41,961 nucleotides of DNA from Gekko japonicus (taxonomy: Eukaryota), in the NCBI RefSeq assembly GCF_001447785.1, contig NW_015166535.1, positions 1-41,961 of the forward strand. Direction: 5' to 3'. Under the pieces are notes generated by a model that did not search any database, was not told the origin of the DNA, and saw nothing but the letters and a program-made list of their open reading frames with translations. Shown here piece by piece: positions 9,365 to 20,700 of the stretch (position 1 is the first letter of the stretch; the number at the start of each line of letters is the position of its first letter). Both the position numbers and the translations under genes were made by a program.

Positions 9365-10665
9365 TCTCTCCCTTATAATAATTGAATACCAACGTTCTAT
9401 TTCGCAACATTCTAAATTTGGCCTCCTTAGTGTTAGGCCGGAAGAACTGCCACTCAGAAGACACTGGCTGGGTTGACTGGCTGCTTTGTGCAGTCCCGCC
9501 CAGCGTTCCAAGGTCATTTGCATATGGAAGCTGATTGGACCTCACTCCATTCCACACCTCAAACTCACCCCCCCCCCACAAGGCAGTTGGAATTTTCGGA
9601 ATTGTTTGGTGCATTTACGATGGGGCTCCTGGGGAACTATTGTTGCCAATCTTGGCCCAGCAGCCATCAAACCATTCTCTTCAACCCCCTGCTGTGCAGC
9701 TGACTTTCCCCTAGGGTTGCCAATCTCCAGGTGGGACCTGGAGATCTCCCACTGCTACAATTGATTTCCAGATGACAGAGATCAGTTTCCCCTGGAGAAA
9801 ATGGCTGCTTTGGAGGGTAGACCCTATGACATTATACCTGCTGAGTCCTTCCGCTCCGCCCAATGCTGCCCTCTACAGAATCCACCCCCCAAACCTCCAG
9901 GTATTTCCCTCCTTAGAGCTGGCAACCCTACATTCCCCTCAGTGCCTGTTGGTAGGCAACTAAGCTTGGTCCTGTCACCTACTTTGGCCTTTGGGAGAAA
10001 ACACATTGGGGCCAGTCCTGATAGGGTTGCCAACTCCAGATGGGAAATTCCTGGAGATTTGAGGGATGGAGCCTGAAGAGGGTGAGGTTTGAGGAGGGGT
10101 GGGACCTCAGACAGGTACACTGCCATAGACTCCACCCTCCAAACCAGTCAGTCCCACATAGGGAACCATTGTTGCCAATCTCCAGGTGAGGGCTGGAGAG
10201 CACTCAGTATTACAACTGCTCTGCAGAAGGGAGGGCAGAAGTCAGCTGAAGTCAAAGGGGCAGATAATGGTAGGTTGGTGGCTAGCTGGGAAGGAGATGG
10301 GGTTGCCAACTACATGCTGACAAATTCCTGGGGATTTGAGGGGTGGAGCCTGGAGAGGGTGGGGTTTGCAGAGGGGTGGGACCTCAGACAGGTAGAATGC
10401 CATAGACTACACCCTCCAAACCAGCCACTTTGTCCTGGGTAACAATTGCTGCCAATCTCCAGGTGAGGGCTACAGATCACTCACAATTACAACTGCTCTT
10501 CAGGTAGCAGAGATCAGTTCCTCTGGAGAAAACAGTGGACTCTGTCATTATACCCTGCTGAGATCACCACAGCAAATTGACACTTTTTGCCCAAAGCCAG
10601 AGCACTGCCCCAGAGCCTCTTTCTAGATCCCGTTGTATTGCTTTCACAACGGGCTTTACTGCTAG
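9365..10665 (+). mobile_element. non-autonomous Helitron, copy 1
   Basis: 5' TC, 3' CTAG, inserted between A and T with no TSD; subterminal hairpin CCCGTTGT...ACAACGGG at 10629-10653; inverted homolog at 24107-26169. Confidence 0.85.
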
Positions 10666-10672
10666 TTCTATA

Positions 10673-10948
10673 ATAAGAAGATAAGAAGAGATTGGATTTA
10701 TACCCCACCCTTGACTACCCAGAGGAGTCTCAGAGCAGCTTACAAACTCCGTTCCCTTCCCCTCTCCACAACAGACAGACACCCTGTGAGGTAGGTGGGG
10801 CTGAGAGAGCTCTGAGAGAAACTGCTCTTTTTCAAGGACAGCTCTGACAGGACTAGGGCTTGCCCAAGGTCATCCAGCCAGGTGCAAGTGGAGGAGTGGG
10901 GAATCAAACCGGGTTCTCCCAGATTAGAGTCTGCTCACTTAACCACTG
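10673..10948 (-). mobile_element. Squam2-like SINE
   Basis: Reverse complement of the 32318-32603 copy. Confidence 0.8.
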
Positions 10949-11370
10949 CTGGGTCAGACCGGGGAGGGTCCATCTAGCCCAGCATCCTGCCTCATGTTGC
11001 AGCCAACCATTTCCTCTGGAGGGCCAACAACAGGTCTGATCCAGCAGGGCTCTTCTGAGGTTCTTCTCAGGGGAAGGCCTCGGCCTCTCTGCCCTGTTGC
11101 TGGCCCTCTAGAGGAACTGACTGGCCCCTGTGTGAGACAGGAGGCTGGACTGGATGGACCCTCCCTGGTGTGACCCAGCAGGGCTCTTCTGAGGTTCTTA
11201 TCAGGGGAAGGCCTCAGCCTCTCTGCCCTGTTGTTGGCCCTCCAGGGGAACTGACTGGCCACTGTGTGAGACGGGACTCCTGCAGGTCTTATCCTTTTCA
11301 TGTTCTTATGTTCATATTCACACAGCCTTCAAAATCCCACCATCTCACTGTACCACAAATCCTTTGGAGG

Positions 11371-12318
11371 ATGAGATCAACCATTAGATTCAACGACAGC
11401 ACCGTGAACCACCAGACCTTCATCCTCGTTGGCATTCCGGGCATGCAGGAGCGCAACTCTTGGATGGCCTTCCCTCTCTGCCTTCTCTACCTCCTGACTC
11501 TCTTTGGAAACCTTGTGATCCTCTTTGTCATCAAGACCGAGGAAAGCCTCCACGAGCCCATGTACCTCTTCCTCTCCATCCTCGCCTGCTCGGATCTGGG
11601 CCTCGCCCTGGCCACCATGCCAACGATGCTGGGCGTTTACTGGTTTGATGCCAGGGAAATCTCATTCACTGCCTGCCTCACCCAGATGTTCTTCATCCAT
11701 CTGTTTCAGTGGACAGAGTCTGGCATCCTTGTGGCGATGGCCTTTGACCGCCTGATTGCCATACAGAACCCCCTAAGATACGCTTTGCTTCTCCCAAATA
11801 CAGTGATTGGAAAAACTGGACTAGCCGTATTGGCCAGAGGTTTCTGTGTCTGCTTCCCTGCCCCCTTCCTGATCAAACGCCTGCCCTTCTGTGGGTCCAA
11901 CGTCCTCTCTCATTCCTATTGCCTCCATCAGGATATGGTGCATTTGGCCTGTGCGGACATAACGATCAATATGCTGTATGGATTGATTGCAGTCATTTGT
12001 ACACTATGCTTGGATGTCGTGATCATCCTTGTCTCGTATGTCCTGATCCTGAAGACTGTCCTGAGCATCGCCTCCCATGAGGAACGCTCCAGGGCCCTGA
12101 ACACCTGCGTCTCCCATGTGTGCGCCATCTTGATTTTTTATGTCCCAATGATCGGCATCAGTGCGGTTCATCGGTTCGGAAGACACCTCTCTCTCGTCGT
12201 CCACATGATGATGGCCAACATCTACATTGCTGTCCCGCCTGTTCTTAATCCCATCGTGTACAGTGTGAAAACACGGCAGATTCGGCAAAGGATATGCAAG
12301 ATGTTCCAGCGAAAGTAA
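11371..12318 (+). CDS. class I olfactory receptor, OR51-like (315 aa, intact ORF)
   Basis: NDS glycosylation site; motifs LHEPMYLFL, MAFDRLIAIQNPLRY, SHSYCLHQD, RALNTCVSH, VHRFG, PPVLNPIVYSVKTRQIR. Confidence 0.95.
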   Translation: MRSTIRFNDSTVNHQTFILVGIPGMQERNSWMAFPLCLLYLLTLFGNLVILFVIKTEESLHEPMYLFLSILACSDLGLALATMPTMLGVYWFDAREISFTACLTQMFFIHLFQWTESGILVAMAFDRLIAIQNPLRYALLLPNTVIGKTGLAVLARGFCVCFPAPFLIKRLPFCGSNVLSHSYCLHQDMVHLACADITINMLYGLIAVICTLCLDVVIILVSYVLILKTVLSIASHEERSRALNTCVSHVCAILIFYVPMIGISAVHRFGRHLSLVVHMMMANIYIAVPPVLNPIVYSVKTRQIRQRICKMFQRK

Positions 12319-12805
12319 ATCAGGAGTTGATTAAAAAAAAAAGATTTGTTAAAGGGTTGGTTAGGTTCATGTGTTATTGAAAGTCTTAAGAAGCAACCAG
12401 AGTAATTCAGAAGTCTTATGAAGAGACCAGAGACCAGTTCAAGGTGTAGGTTTTGAACTTTGAAGCCTTACATGGCTTGGGACCAGGTTATCTGAAGGAC
12501 TGTCCTCTCTTGCATCTACCAGCCCTGTCCCCAGGATACCAGATGTATATATGTTGTCCTCCCCTACCCACAGATCATTGTTAGTCCCTCGTAATATTGA
12601 GTAACTGTAAATCACTCAGAGCCAGCAAGCTCTGCAGGATTGAGCTATCAATAAATTGAAAGATTATTTTATTACCTGGCTGGGAACTAAGTTTGCAGGG
12701 GGAGGCTCTCCTGACTGCCCCAATGATCAAAGAGGCTTGTCTGGCGAGCACATGAGAGACGGCCTTTTCGGTGGAAGCCCCACAATCATGGAACAACCTC
12801 CCCAG

Positions 12806-12899
12806 GGCTCTGAGCCATTTAGACCCCTGCTTTCTACTCCCTGCTGCTCAGCTGTTTTCTGTGAAGAGCAGAAAGCAGGGGTCTAAATGGCTCAGAGCC
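12806..12899. repeat. 94-bp hairpin with a perfect 30-bp inverted repeat
   Basis: GGCTCTGAGCCATTTAGACCCCTGCTTTCT (12806-12835) and AGAAAGCAGGGGTCTAAATGGCTCAGAGCC (12870-12899). Confidence 0.9.
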
Positions 12900-13369
12900 T
12901 CCTCTCTTCCCACAGTCTCACTGGACTCTGCTGTTTAAAACACACACTTCCCATCTGATCTGCAAGTGGGGATCAGAATACAAGGAAGCTTTTTCTTTCA
13001 GCTGACCAAAATATTTGGGAGGGAGGGTCCCTTGGGAGAGGGCACAACCGCTGAGGATTTCACCCAATGGAGAGATAGGAAGTTATATATTAAAGTATGT
13101 TTTCCACAGAAACCAGAGGCGAAGACCCCAAGAACAGACCAGAGCTCCATAGAGTTATCTCACATCCCAATGCTCACATTGGCTGGACGTTTCTAGGAAG
13201 TCCGCAGGCATCATGTGAAGACAACAGCCTTTTCGTTACTGTGAGCCCCGGAAGCCGACTCTTGACAGATGCACTGCCACCAGCGTGCTGATTTCCATCT
13301 TGGCTTGTGGCCACGAAGATGCCTTTCTTCGACCGTGAACTTTTATTTAGTTAATTCATTACACTTTTT

Positions 13370-13566
13370 CCATTTGTATTCCACCTTTCTCCCCTATGGG
13401 GAACCAAAGCAACTTACATCGTTCTTCTCTGCTCCATGTTATCCTCAAAACAACCCTGTGAGGAAGGTCAGGCTGAGAGTGTGTGACTGGCCTAAGGTCA
13501 CCCAGCAAGCTTCCTTGGCATGAGTGGGGATTCAAACCCAGCTCCTTGTCCAACAGTCTTAACCAC
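13370..13566 (-). mobile_element. older MIR/L2-tail-type SINE
   Basis: caacaaccctgtgagg..ggtcaggctgagag..tgactggcc.aaggtcacccagc...ggggattcaaaccca. Confidence 0.6.
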
Positions 13567-13930
13567 CACTACTACTACACAGTGTCTGGTCCTCCCTCCA
13601 AACTAAGCTGGAGTCCACCACCACATCCAGTGGCCATGAGTTCCACATGTTAATTGTGTGAAGCACTTCATCTACCTTGAGTCTTCTGCTCATCGGCTTC
13701 ACTGTGTGACCCCAAGTTCTAGTATTTGTGAAAGGGGGGAGGAGCTTGTCCGCACACCATGCACTTTTACATTAATGTGTGTTATTTATTTAGATATTTA
13801 TGTCTCACCTTGCTCCCAAATGGGGACTCAAAAGTGGCTTGCCACATCATGCTCCCCTTCCTCATTATCTGTATGAGAAACCTGTGAGATACTTTCAGAT
13901 GGGCAGCCATGTTGGCCTGCACCAGAACAG

Positions 13931-14252
13931 CAAGAAGAAGAAGAAGAAGAAGAGGAGGAGGAGGAGGAGGAGGAGGAGGAGGGGGAGGAGGGGGGGGGGG
14001 AGGATATTGGAGATTGGATTTATACCCCACCCTTCACTACCCAAAAATGTCTCAGAGGGGCTTACAAACTCCTTTCCCTTCCCCTCCCCACAACAGAAGA
14101 CACCCTGTGAGGTGCTCTTTTTCAAGGACAGCTCTTATCAGAACTAGGGCTTGCCCAAGGTCATCCAGCAGCTGCAAGTGGAAGAGTGGGGAATCAAACT
14201 CGGTTCTCCCAGATTAGAGTCCACGCACTTAACCACAACACCAAACTGGCTC
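13931..14252 (-). mobile_element. Squam2-like SINE with an expanded (GAA)/(GGA) tail
   Basis: Homology to the other copies; purine triplet tract at 13931-14002. Confidence 0.8.
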
Positions 14253-14510
14253 TAGATTAGAATCCATGAGCACCTTAGAGACCAACCAAGCTTTCGGGGG
14301 ATGAGCCTTTCAGAGTCAAAGCTCAGCATCAGTCAAAGGACAGTCAGGTTAGTTTAAGAGACGGTGACTGGCCATAGGCAAGTAAGGATTCAAATTCAGA
14401 TATCCCAGCGCCTAGTCTGAAACTCTAACAACTATACCAAACTGGCTTTTGCGAGTTCCAACACGCTAACCACTGCAATATACTAATTCTCATTAGAATT
14501 AAAGGGCATC

Positions 14511-15484
14511 TGTCCATGGGCCAGCACCAGCTGCCAACTCCTTGGAGGAGGAGGAGGAGGAGGAGGAGGAGGAATCAGAGGAGTCGGGCCCCACAGTGGT
14601 GGAATATCCACCTGAGCAGCTGGGTCAAGAAACGGCACCAATGGGGGAAGCGTCGGGAAGAGAGAACGCTTCCCAGTCATGGCCCGGTCGCTAATTATTT
14701 ACAGAATTACAGCATAATTAATATGTTGTAATTCTGTAATAATGGTTTTTATGGTTTTAACTGTTTTTATGTGTTGGTGTATGCCTATTTGTGAGCCGCC
14801 CTGAGCCCGTGTTGCGGGGAGGGAGGGCTATAAATTGAAATAATAAATAAATAATAAATAAATAAATAAATAATTCTGGCAGGAGAAGAAAGAGACAACA
14901 CAAAGGCCGGGGCATCAGTCCCCGCCGGTTTCTCCTGGGCCAGCAGAGTGTTGAAGGAGGAGAAAGTGCTTGACAGCTCTAGAGAGAAGACAGAGTGCTT
15001 GCCTGATAGCCCAACAGTGATCTGTGTTGATTCCTGGAGTGGAGTCTTTACAGGAACAGGATTGACGAGCTGATAGGGAAGCAGTAAAGACCTGCACCTG
15101 GAGGAAGATGAACGCAGTGGTAAGAAGCGACGCCTGGACCTTGGGAGATGAGTCAGCAAGAGGAGGCAGATAAAAGGAACACACTGAGCAAGTCTTGGCC
15201 GGGAAGCAACTTTGCTCACCGCACCGCTATGTGAGTGGACCTGCTCAGTGAACAGAGCCCTACCCTGACTTGCTGCCTTGTACTCTGTCTTTGGTAACCT
15301 TTACTTGATCCTACAGCTTGAGACCAAGACCTCGTATCCTGCATCAGTGGCCAAGCCTTGGACCCTCCTTCTCCTAACCCCTGGACTGAACCTTTGGATC
15401 TCTGACTCCAGACTGGTTTTTAGACCTTGCTCCCAAATCTTGCTTTACTTGTTGTCATTGTATTTGTGTGCCTTGAATGTGACA
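14511..15484 (+). mobile_element. solo LTR (Gypsy- or ERV-type) with a nested LINE-tail insert at about 14690-14873
   Basis: TGTC...GACA termini; perfect 5-bp TSD GCATC at 14506-14510 and 15485-15489; TATA-like GATAAAAG near 15169. Confidence 0.75.
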
Positions 15485-16088
15485 GCATCTGATCCCTTCC
15501 CAGTATCTCCTAAACAGACAAACTTGGGTCAGTGATTGATCAGGGATGCTGCCGGGAGACAAGGGCTATGCCTACAGGTCAGTGGAACCTCCAGGGTCAG
15601 GTGCAGCATACCACATACTGGGGACATACAAGACGAAATGGCCACTACCTTCGTTCATGCATGTTCGACCTCTTGGAGGCATTTGGCTGATGCCAACAGC
15701 AGGAAATGCAGGAATTCCCATGCCCATGTGTTTGTTTCTGTCTCTTCATGAAGGACATATCCTTTGTCTGGACATAGATCTGGGGTTGCTGGGGAATTGG
15801 GGGGGCATAGCTGTGAACGTCCTCTGTAGTGCAGGGGGTTGGTGACCCTTGTGGTCCCTTCCAGCCCTATGTTTCTATGTCTGTCTTCCGATATGGGTAT
15901 GTGCTCAAGAAAGAAACCCGTATCTCACTGGCTATCAGAATTACACCAGTTCTCTCATCGGTGAAACCTCTGCACCAAGTGCCCGTCATTTCCACTTCTC
16001 TTGTCACTGGGGGACTGCAGCTTTGAAGAATGAGGCCCCTGAGCACGTGTGCAGTTCATATGCACCCCCCTCAGCCACATGTATCTGG

Positions 16089-16285
16089 GAAGAAGAAGAA
16101 GAGGAGGAGGAGGAAGAAGAAGAAGAAGAAGAAGAAGAGGAAGAGGAAGAGGAAGAGGAAGAGGAAGAAGAGGAAGAAGAAGATATGGCTTGCCCAAGGT
16201 CAATCCAGCAGCTGCATGTGGAGTAGTGGGGAATCAAACCCGGTTCTCCCAGATTAGAGTCCTCATACTTAACCACTACACCAAA
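16089..16285 (-). mobile_element. internally deleted Squam2-like SINE with a long GAA/GAG tail
   Basis: Homology to the other copies. Confidence 0.7.
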
Positions 16286-16369
16286 CAAAAGGACCTCCAG
16301 ACAGCCTGGTTGGTAAGGGCAACGGAGCCAGAGTTTGCTCAGATGAGCCTCCCCTGGTATCAGCTGTTG

Positions 16370-16600
16370 CTCCCACCATTGTGGGTTTTCTGCCTCCCCA
16401 GTTGTCTGAGCATCCCTCGACTGCAGCATCTCTCTGCGGTCCCCAGTCTATAAATCCTCCTCCCCGCCAGCTCCATCAGCCAAGGTAGCCCTCCGGCGCT
16501 TCCTCCAGAGTGTTGCATGTGCATCTTCAAGGGACTAAGAACGACAGGCCACAGACGACACTGTCTTCTCTGAGTTGCCCGGAATGGAGGGGGACAGAGA
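16370..16600 (+). promoter_or_regulatory. putative OR #3 promoter region (duplicated at 23020-23250)
   Basis: TATAAA at 16449-16454 in sequence that is not a recognisable repeat and is conserved in the paralogous block. Confidence 0.45.
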
Positions 16601-16877
16601 ACGCTGACATGGGAGGTCCTGCCCTGGGCCGGAAGAATATCTCCACAGTTCCAGGCAAGACAGCCGCCTTTCTGAACCAGACAAAGGATCCCTTCAGTAT
16701 CCTCCTGACTCCAGAAGCGGCCAGGGAAGCACCCTCAGGTCAAAGATCTCAAACTTTTCTAATCTTTTTTCTTGCTCCCAAGGAAATGTTCTTTTATCCT
16801 TCAGCCTAGCACCGGGCCCAAAAGGATGGGCACATTTCCCGTTGCCACAAAATAGTTCTGGTTTCCACAGATGGTGC

Positions 16878-17084
16878 CAGTGTTCCCTCTAAGCTGAGTG
16901 AGTGTGAGCCAGCTCACAGTTTTCTAGCCTCTGGCTCACACACATTTGTCTCCGCTCAGGAAGGGATGGCTCCGGAGCAAACTAATTTGTGCAGCAGCCA
17001 AATGGCTCGTTCACCACTTGAATGCCAGCAGCTCACAAAGTAGACTTTCTGCTCACAGGACTCCACAGCTTAGAGGGGGCATTG
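16878..17084. mobile_element. hAT MITE family A
   Basis: CAGTGTTCCCTCTAAG...CTTAGAGGGGGCATTG. Confidence 0.8.
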
Positions 17085-17097
17085 CTTGTGGCTCGCC

Positions 17098-17315
17098 CTT
17101 CCCTGGAGAGAGCGTGCTAGCCCGATCTCGTCAGATCTCAGAAGCTAAGCAGGGTCCGCCCAGCCTGGTACTCGGATGGGAGACCACCGAGGAAGTCCAG
17201 GATCACAGAGGCAGGCAAGGGCAAACCGCCTCTGAACATCTCTTGTTTTGAAAAACCTCACACTGTTGCCACAAGTCAGCTGTGACTTGAGAGCAAAACA
17301 AACACACACACACGA
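17098..17315 (+). mobile_element. 5S rRNA-derived SINE, 5'-truncated
   Basis: GCCCGATCTCGTCAGATCTCAGAAGCTAAGCAGGGTC...GTACTCGGATGGGAGACC matches the 5S rRNA internal control region; (CA)n tail; 13-bp TSD, 11/13 identical (17085-17097 and 17316-17328). Confidence 0.85.
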
Positions 17316-17328
17316 CTTGGGACTCGCC

Positions 17329-18276
17329 ATGGCACTGTTAACTCCCGCCAACCACAGCGCCATCCTTTTCACCCTGCGCGGCTTCCCAGGGCTGGAGATG
17401 GTTCACCACTGGATCGGCATCCCCATCTTTTCCGCCTACCTGGTGGCAGCGCTGGGCAACTGCACCATCCTCTACATCGTCTGGACGGAGCCCAGCCTGC
17501 ACCAGCCCATGTACTATTTCCTGGCCATGCTGGCCACCACCGACCTGGGACTCTGCCTCACCACCGTGCCCACCGTCATGGGAGTCCTCTGGTTCCAGCT
17601 GAGGAAGATCAGCCGGCGGAGCTGCCTCGCCCAGATCTTCATCATCCACACCTTCTCCTTCATGGAGTCCGCTGTGCTCTTTGCCATGTCTTTGGACCGC
17701 TTCCTGGCCATCTGCTTCCCTCTGAGGTACGCAGCTCTGCTGACCACCAGTAGAGTGGCCAGAATTGGTCTGGTCCTCCTGCTGAGAAGCACCCTGCTCT
17801 TGATCCCCTGCCTGTATTTCCTCCTGCAGTTTCCCTACTGCCCAGTTGCAGTCCTTTCTCACTCCTACTGTGTGCACCAAGACGTGATACGCCTCGCGTG
17901 CGCCAACACAAACATCACCAGTTACTACGGTCTCACCCTCATCCTTCTGACCATGGGCGCTGACCTCCTCTTCATCCTCATCTCCTACAGCCTGATCCTG
18001 AAGGCAGTCCTGGGCATGACTTCTGGGGACGAAGGCCACCGCAAGGCCCTGGGCACCTGCGTCTCCCACCTCTGCGCTGTCCTGGTCTTCTACGTACCAG
18101 TGCTCGGGCTCTCCGTGGTGCACCGGTTTGGCCGGCACGCCTCTCCCCTTCTCCATGTCATCATGGGCAACATCTACATCCTCTTCCCACCCTTAATGAA
18201 CCCCGTCATTTACTGCATCAAAACCAAGCAGATCTACAGCAGGATCCTCAGAATGGTCTCACTCAAGAAAGTCTGA
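17329..18276 (+). CDS. class I olfactory receptor, OR51-like (315 aa, intact)
   Basis: Kozak GCCATGG; NHS site; motifs LHQPMYYFL, MSLDRFLAICFPLRY, SHSYCVHQD, KALGTCVSH, VHRFG, PPLMNPVIYCIKTKQI. Confidence 0.95.
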   Translation: MALLTPANHSAILFTLRGFPGLEMVHHWIGIPIFSAYLVAALGNCTILYIVWTEPSLHQPMYYFLAMLATTDLGLCLTTVPTVMGVLWFQLRKISRRSCLAQIFIIHTFSFMESAVLFAMSLDRFLAICFPLRYAALLTTSRVARIGLVLLLRSTLLLIPCLYFLLQFPYCPVAVLSHSYCVHQDVIRLACANTNITSYYGLTLILLTMGADLLFILISYSLILKAVLGMTSGDEGHRKALGTCVSHLCAVLVFYVPVLGLSVVHRFGRHASPLLHVIMGNIYILFPPLMNPVIYCIKTKQIYSRILRMVSLKKV

Positions 18277-18458
18277 GCAACCGAGATAAGCCTGGAGGGA
18301 CAGCAACTCTCCGACTTACCCTCCTTCTATTCCAGTCCTCCAGCATCAGTTCTGTGCCATAAAATGGGCATTTTCTACCTCCAGGTCTGTCTGAACTGTA
18401 GCTCCTTTTTCCGGGGTACTTCTGTGTTTCTTTACTTGTGCGCGTGATGTTATTGTTA

Positions 18459-18654
18459 GGGAAGTGACGGCGGCTCAGTGGAAGAGCCTCTGCTTTGCAT
18501 GCGGATTGTCCCAGGTTCAGTCCTCATCATCTCCAGTTAATAGGAGCAGGCAGATGTGAAAGACCTCTTTGCCTGAGACCCTGGAGAGCCACTGCCTGTC
18601 AGAGTAGACAATACTGACCTTGATGGACCAAGAGTCTGATTTAGTATAAGGCAG
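18459..18654 (+). mobile_element. Squam3-like tRNA-Ala-derived SINE, full length
   Basis: tRNA-Ala(TGC)-like head; tail gatggacc...gtctga...agtataaggcag. Confidence 0.8.
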
Positions 18655-18661
18655 TGTCAGG

Positions 18662-18892
18662 CCACCAAATGAGAAGGGAGCCCTCACTGGAGAAGACCCT
18701 GATGCTGGGAAAGGTTGAAGGTCAAAGAAGACAGGGACGGCAAAGGATGAGATGGTTAGACAGTGTCATCGATGCAATGAACATGAAGTTGAGCCAACGT
18801 CAGAGGACGGCGGAAGACAGGAGGGCCTGGCGTGATCTTGTCCATGGGGTCGCGAAGAGTCGGACTCGACTGTGCGACTGAACAACAACAAA
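18662..18892 (+). mobile_element. BovB/RTE LINE 3' end
   Basis: LEKTLMLGKVEG.RR.GRQRMRWLD..DR.AWR..VHGVAKSRTRL, (AAC)n tail, TSD-like AG(T/C)GTCAGG at 18653-18661 and 18893-18901. Confidence 0.9.
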
Positions 18893-18974
18893 AGCGTCAG
18901 GTGTGAACACACACACACACATTGGTTCTCTGAAGAACCAATGGGTTGAAATTAAATCAAAAGTGTTTCCAACT

Positions 18975-19410
18975 AAATATTAGGAAGAACTTCCTGACAG
19001 AGTGGTTCCTCAGTGGAACAGGCTTCCCCGGGAGATGGTGGGCTCTCCTTCCTGGGAGGTTTTCAAGCAGAGGCTCGATGGCCATCTGACAGCAATGCGG
19101 ATTCTGTGAACTTAGGCAGATCATGAGAGGGAGGGGCAGGAAGGGCTGCCTCAGGGCTTGGGTCTTGTGGCTCTTTCTTACATTCTCAGGAAAAGGCTGA
19201 TCGCCACTTTGGGGTGAGGAAGCAATTTTCCTCCAGGCCAGTTTGGCTGGAGATCCTGGAGGTTTCTGGTCATCTTCTGGACATGGAACAGCAGTCACTG
19301 CAGGTGTGAGAGGAGGAGGTATTTGTGAATTTCCTGCCTTGTGCTGTGGGTTGAACTAGATGACCCCGGAGGTCCCTTCCAACTCTATGATTGTGCGATT
19401 CTGTGATTCT
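18975..19410 (+). mobile_element. CR1 3' end
   Basis: attaggaagaacttcctgacag...tggaacaggct...ggtcccttccaactctatgatt. Confidence 0.75.
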
Positions 19411-19999
19411 AACAGACCACCCTGCCCAAGATTATGAGTTTTGCCCTGAGCTCTTCAAAAGCTCTGCCCTAAGCTCACCGACTTTTCATCCTGCCTTGTT
19501 TCGACACTCGTTGCATTTAGAGAGTGGGAAGTAAGGTTAGAAACCTTTATTGTTAAATGGTGCATGTCATAGCACAGAGATCGGAGGAGCAGAGTGGAAG
19601 GAAAATGTTTCAAGCTGCAAAGCACTTTGCGGTAAGGCAAGCCGCCCTGAGCCCATTGGGGAGGGCGGGATACAAATATGAAAAATAAATTAATATAAAT
19701 AAATAAACAAGTGAGGTGGTTCATTTGAAAATGGTCAGAACAAACTATTAGATGAGCTTCCTTCGTCGGCAAGCTGAGTTTTCTGTTCCCCACCCCACCC
19801 TCCAGGTGGGTGATGGAGGTGGTATGATCCTGCCTCTGTTACAGCCTCCCGGGTTCTCAGCACCTGCATAAACTTGAGGGGCTGTCTGTCTATGGGAACT
19901 CCATCTCTCTCCCCAGAGCCCTGACCCTCAGCATTCTAGTTTTGAGTATTTGTACCTGGCACAGATTCGGCTGGTGTACCAACTACCCCATCAGTCCCT

Positions 20000-20700
20000 A
20001 TCCCTGAGCCAAAGAAGACTGGAGGCGGGCAAATGTTGTCTCCATCTTCAAGAAGGGGGGAAAGGAGGATCCGGGTAACTGACCCATCAGCTTGATGTCT
20101 ATGCATCATCGCACCACTACCACCACTATGTGGTTCCATCGGGGTGCGAGGTGACCCTGGAAGGAGACGGGATGACAGGTTATTGGAACGTTGCCGTTGG
20201 ATTAAGATTTACCCCATCTTGTGACAGATCGAGCACTGACACTTTGGTGTTTGTATTATATTGTTTTATTCTGTTTTATGCTGTTTTTATCTGTTTTAAC
20301 TTTGGCACTTGTGCCTCGCTGTTAGCCGCCCTGAGCCTTCGGGGAGGGCGGGATAGAAATCCAAAAATAAATAAATAAAATAAAATAAAAATAAAATATA
20401 CCTGGGAAAGATTTAGAACAAATCATCAAACAGACAGTTACTAAAAGCCAGTATGGGTTTCTCAATAACAAGTCATGTCAGACTAACCTTGTCTCTTTTT
20501 TTGAGAAAGTTACTACCTTGCTGGATCAGGGGAATGCTGTAGACATAGTTTATCTTGATTTCAGTAAGGCTTTTGATAAAGTTTCACATAAATATTCTTG
20601 TTGACAAATTGGGAAAATGTGGTTTGGATCCTATGACTGTTAGGTGGATCTGTAACTGGTTGACAGCTCGCACCCAAAGAATGCTTGTGAATGGTTCCTT
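20000..20700 (+). mobile_element. CR1 reverse-transcriptase fragment interrupted by another LINE tail (about 20100-20398)
   Basis: Degenerate W..ANV..IFKKG....PGN, KSCQTNL.SFF and VDIVYLDFSKAFDKV motifs. Confidence 0.75.

Noticed and set aside
14265-14330. Additional minus-strand hammerhead in a Penelope fragment
   Set aside because: Core is mutated (CTGATGC instead of CTGANGA) and it is a single copy.
13931-16182. poly-Pro, poly-Glu and poly-Arg ORFs
   Set aside because: Translations of GAA/GGA microsatellite tails of SINEs and of an LTR.
17115-17200. 5S rRNA gene
   Set aside because: Partial and diverged, with a SINE body, (CA)n tail and TSD.
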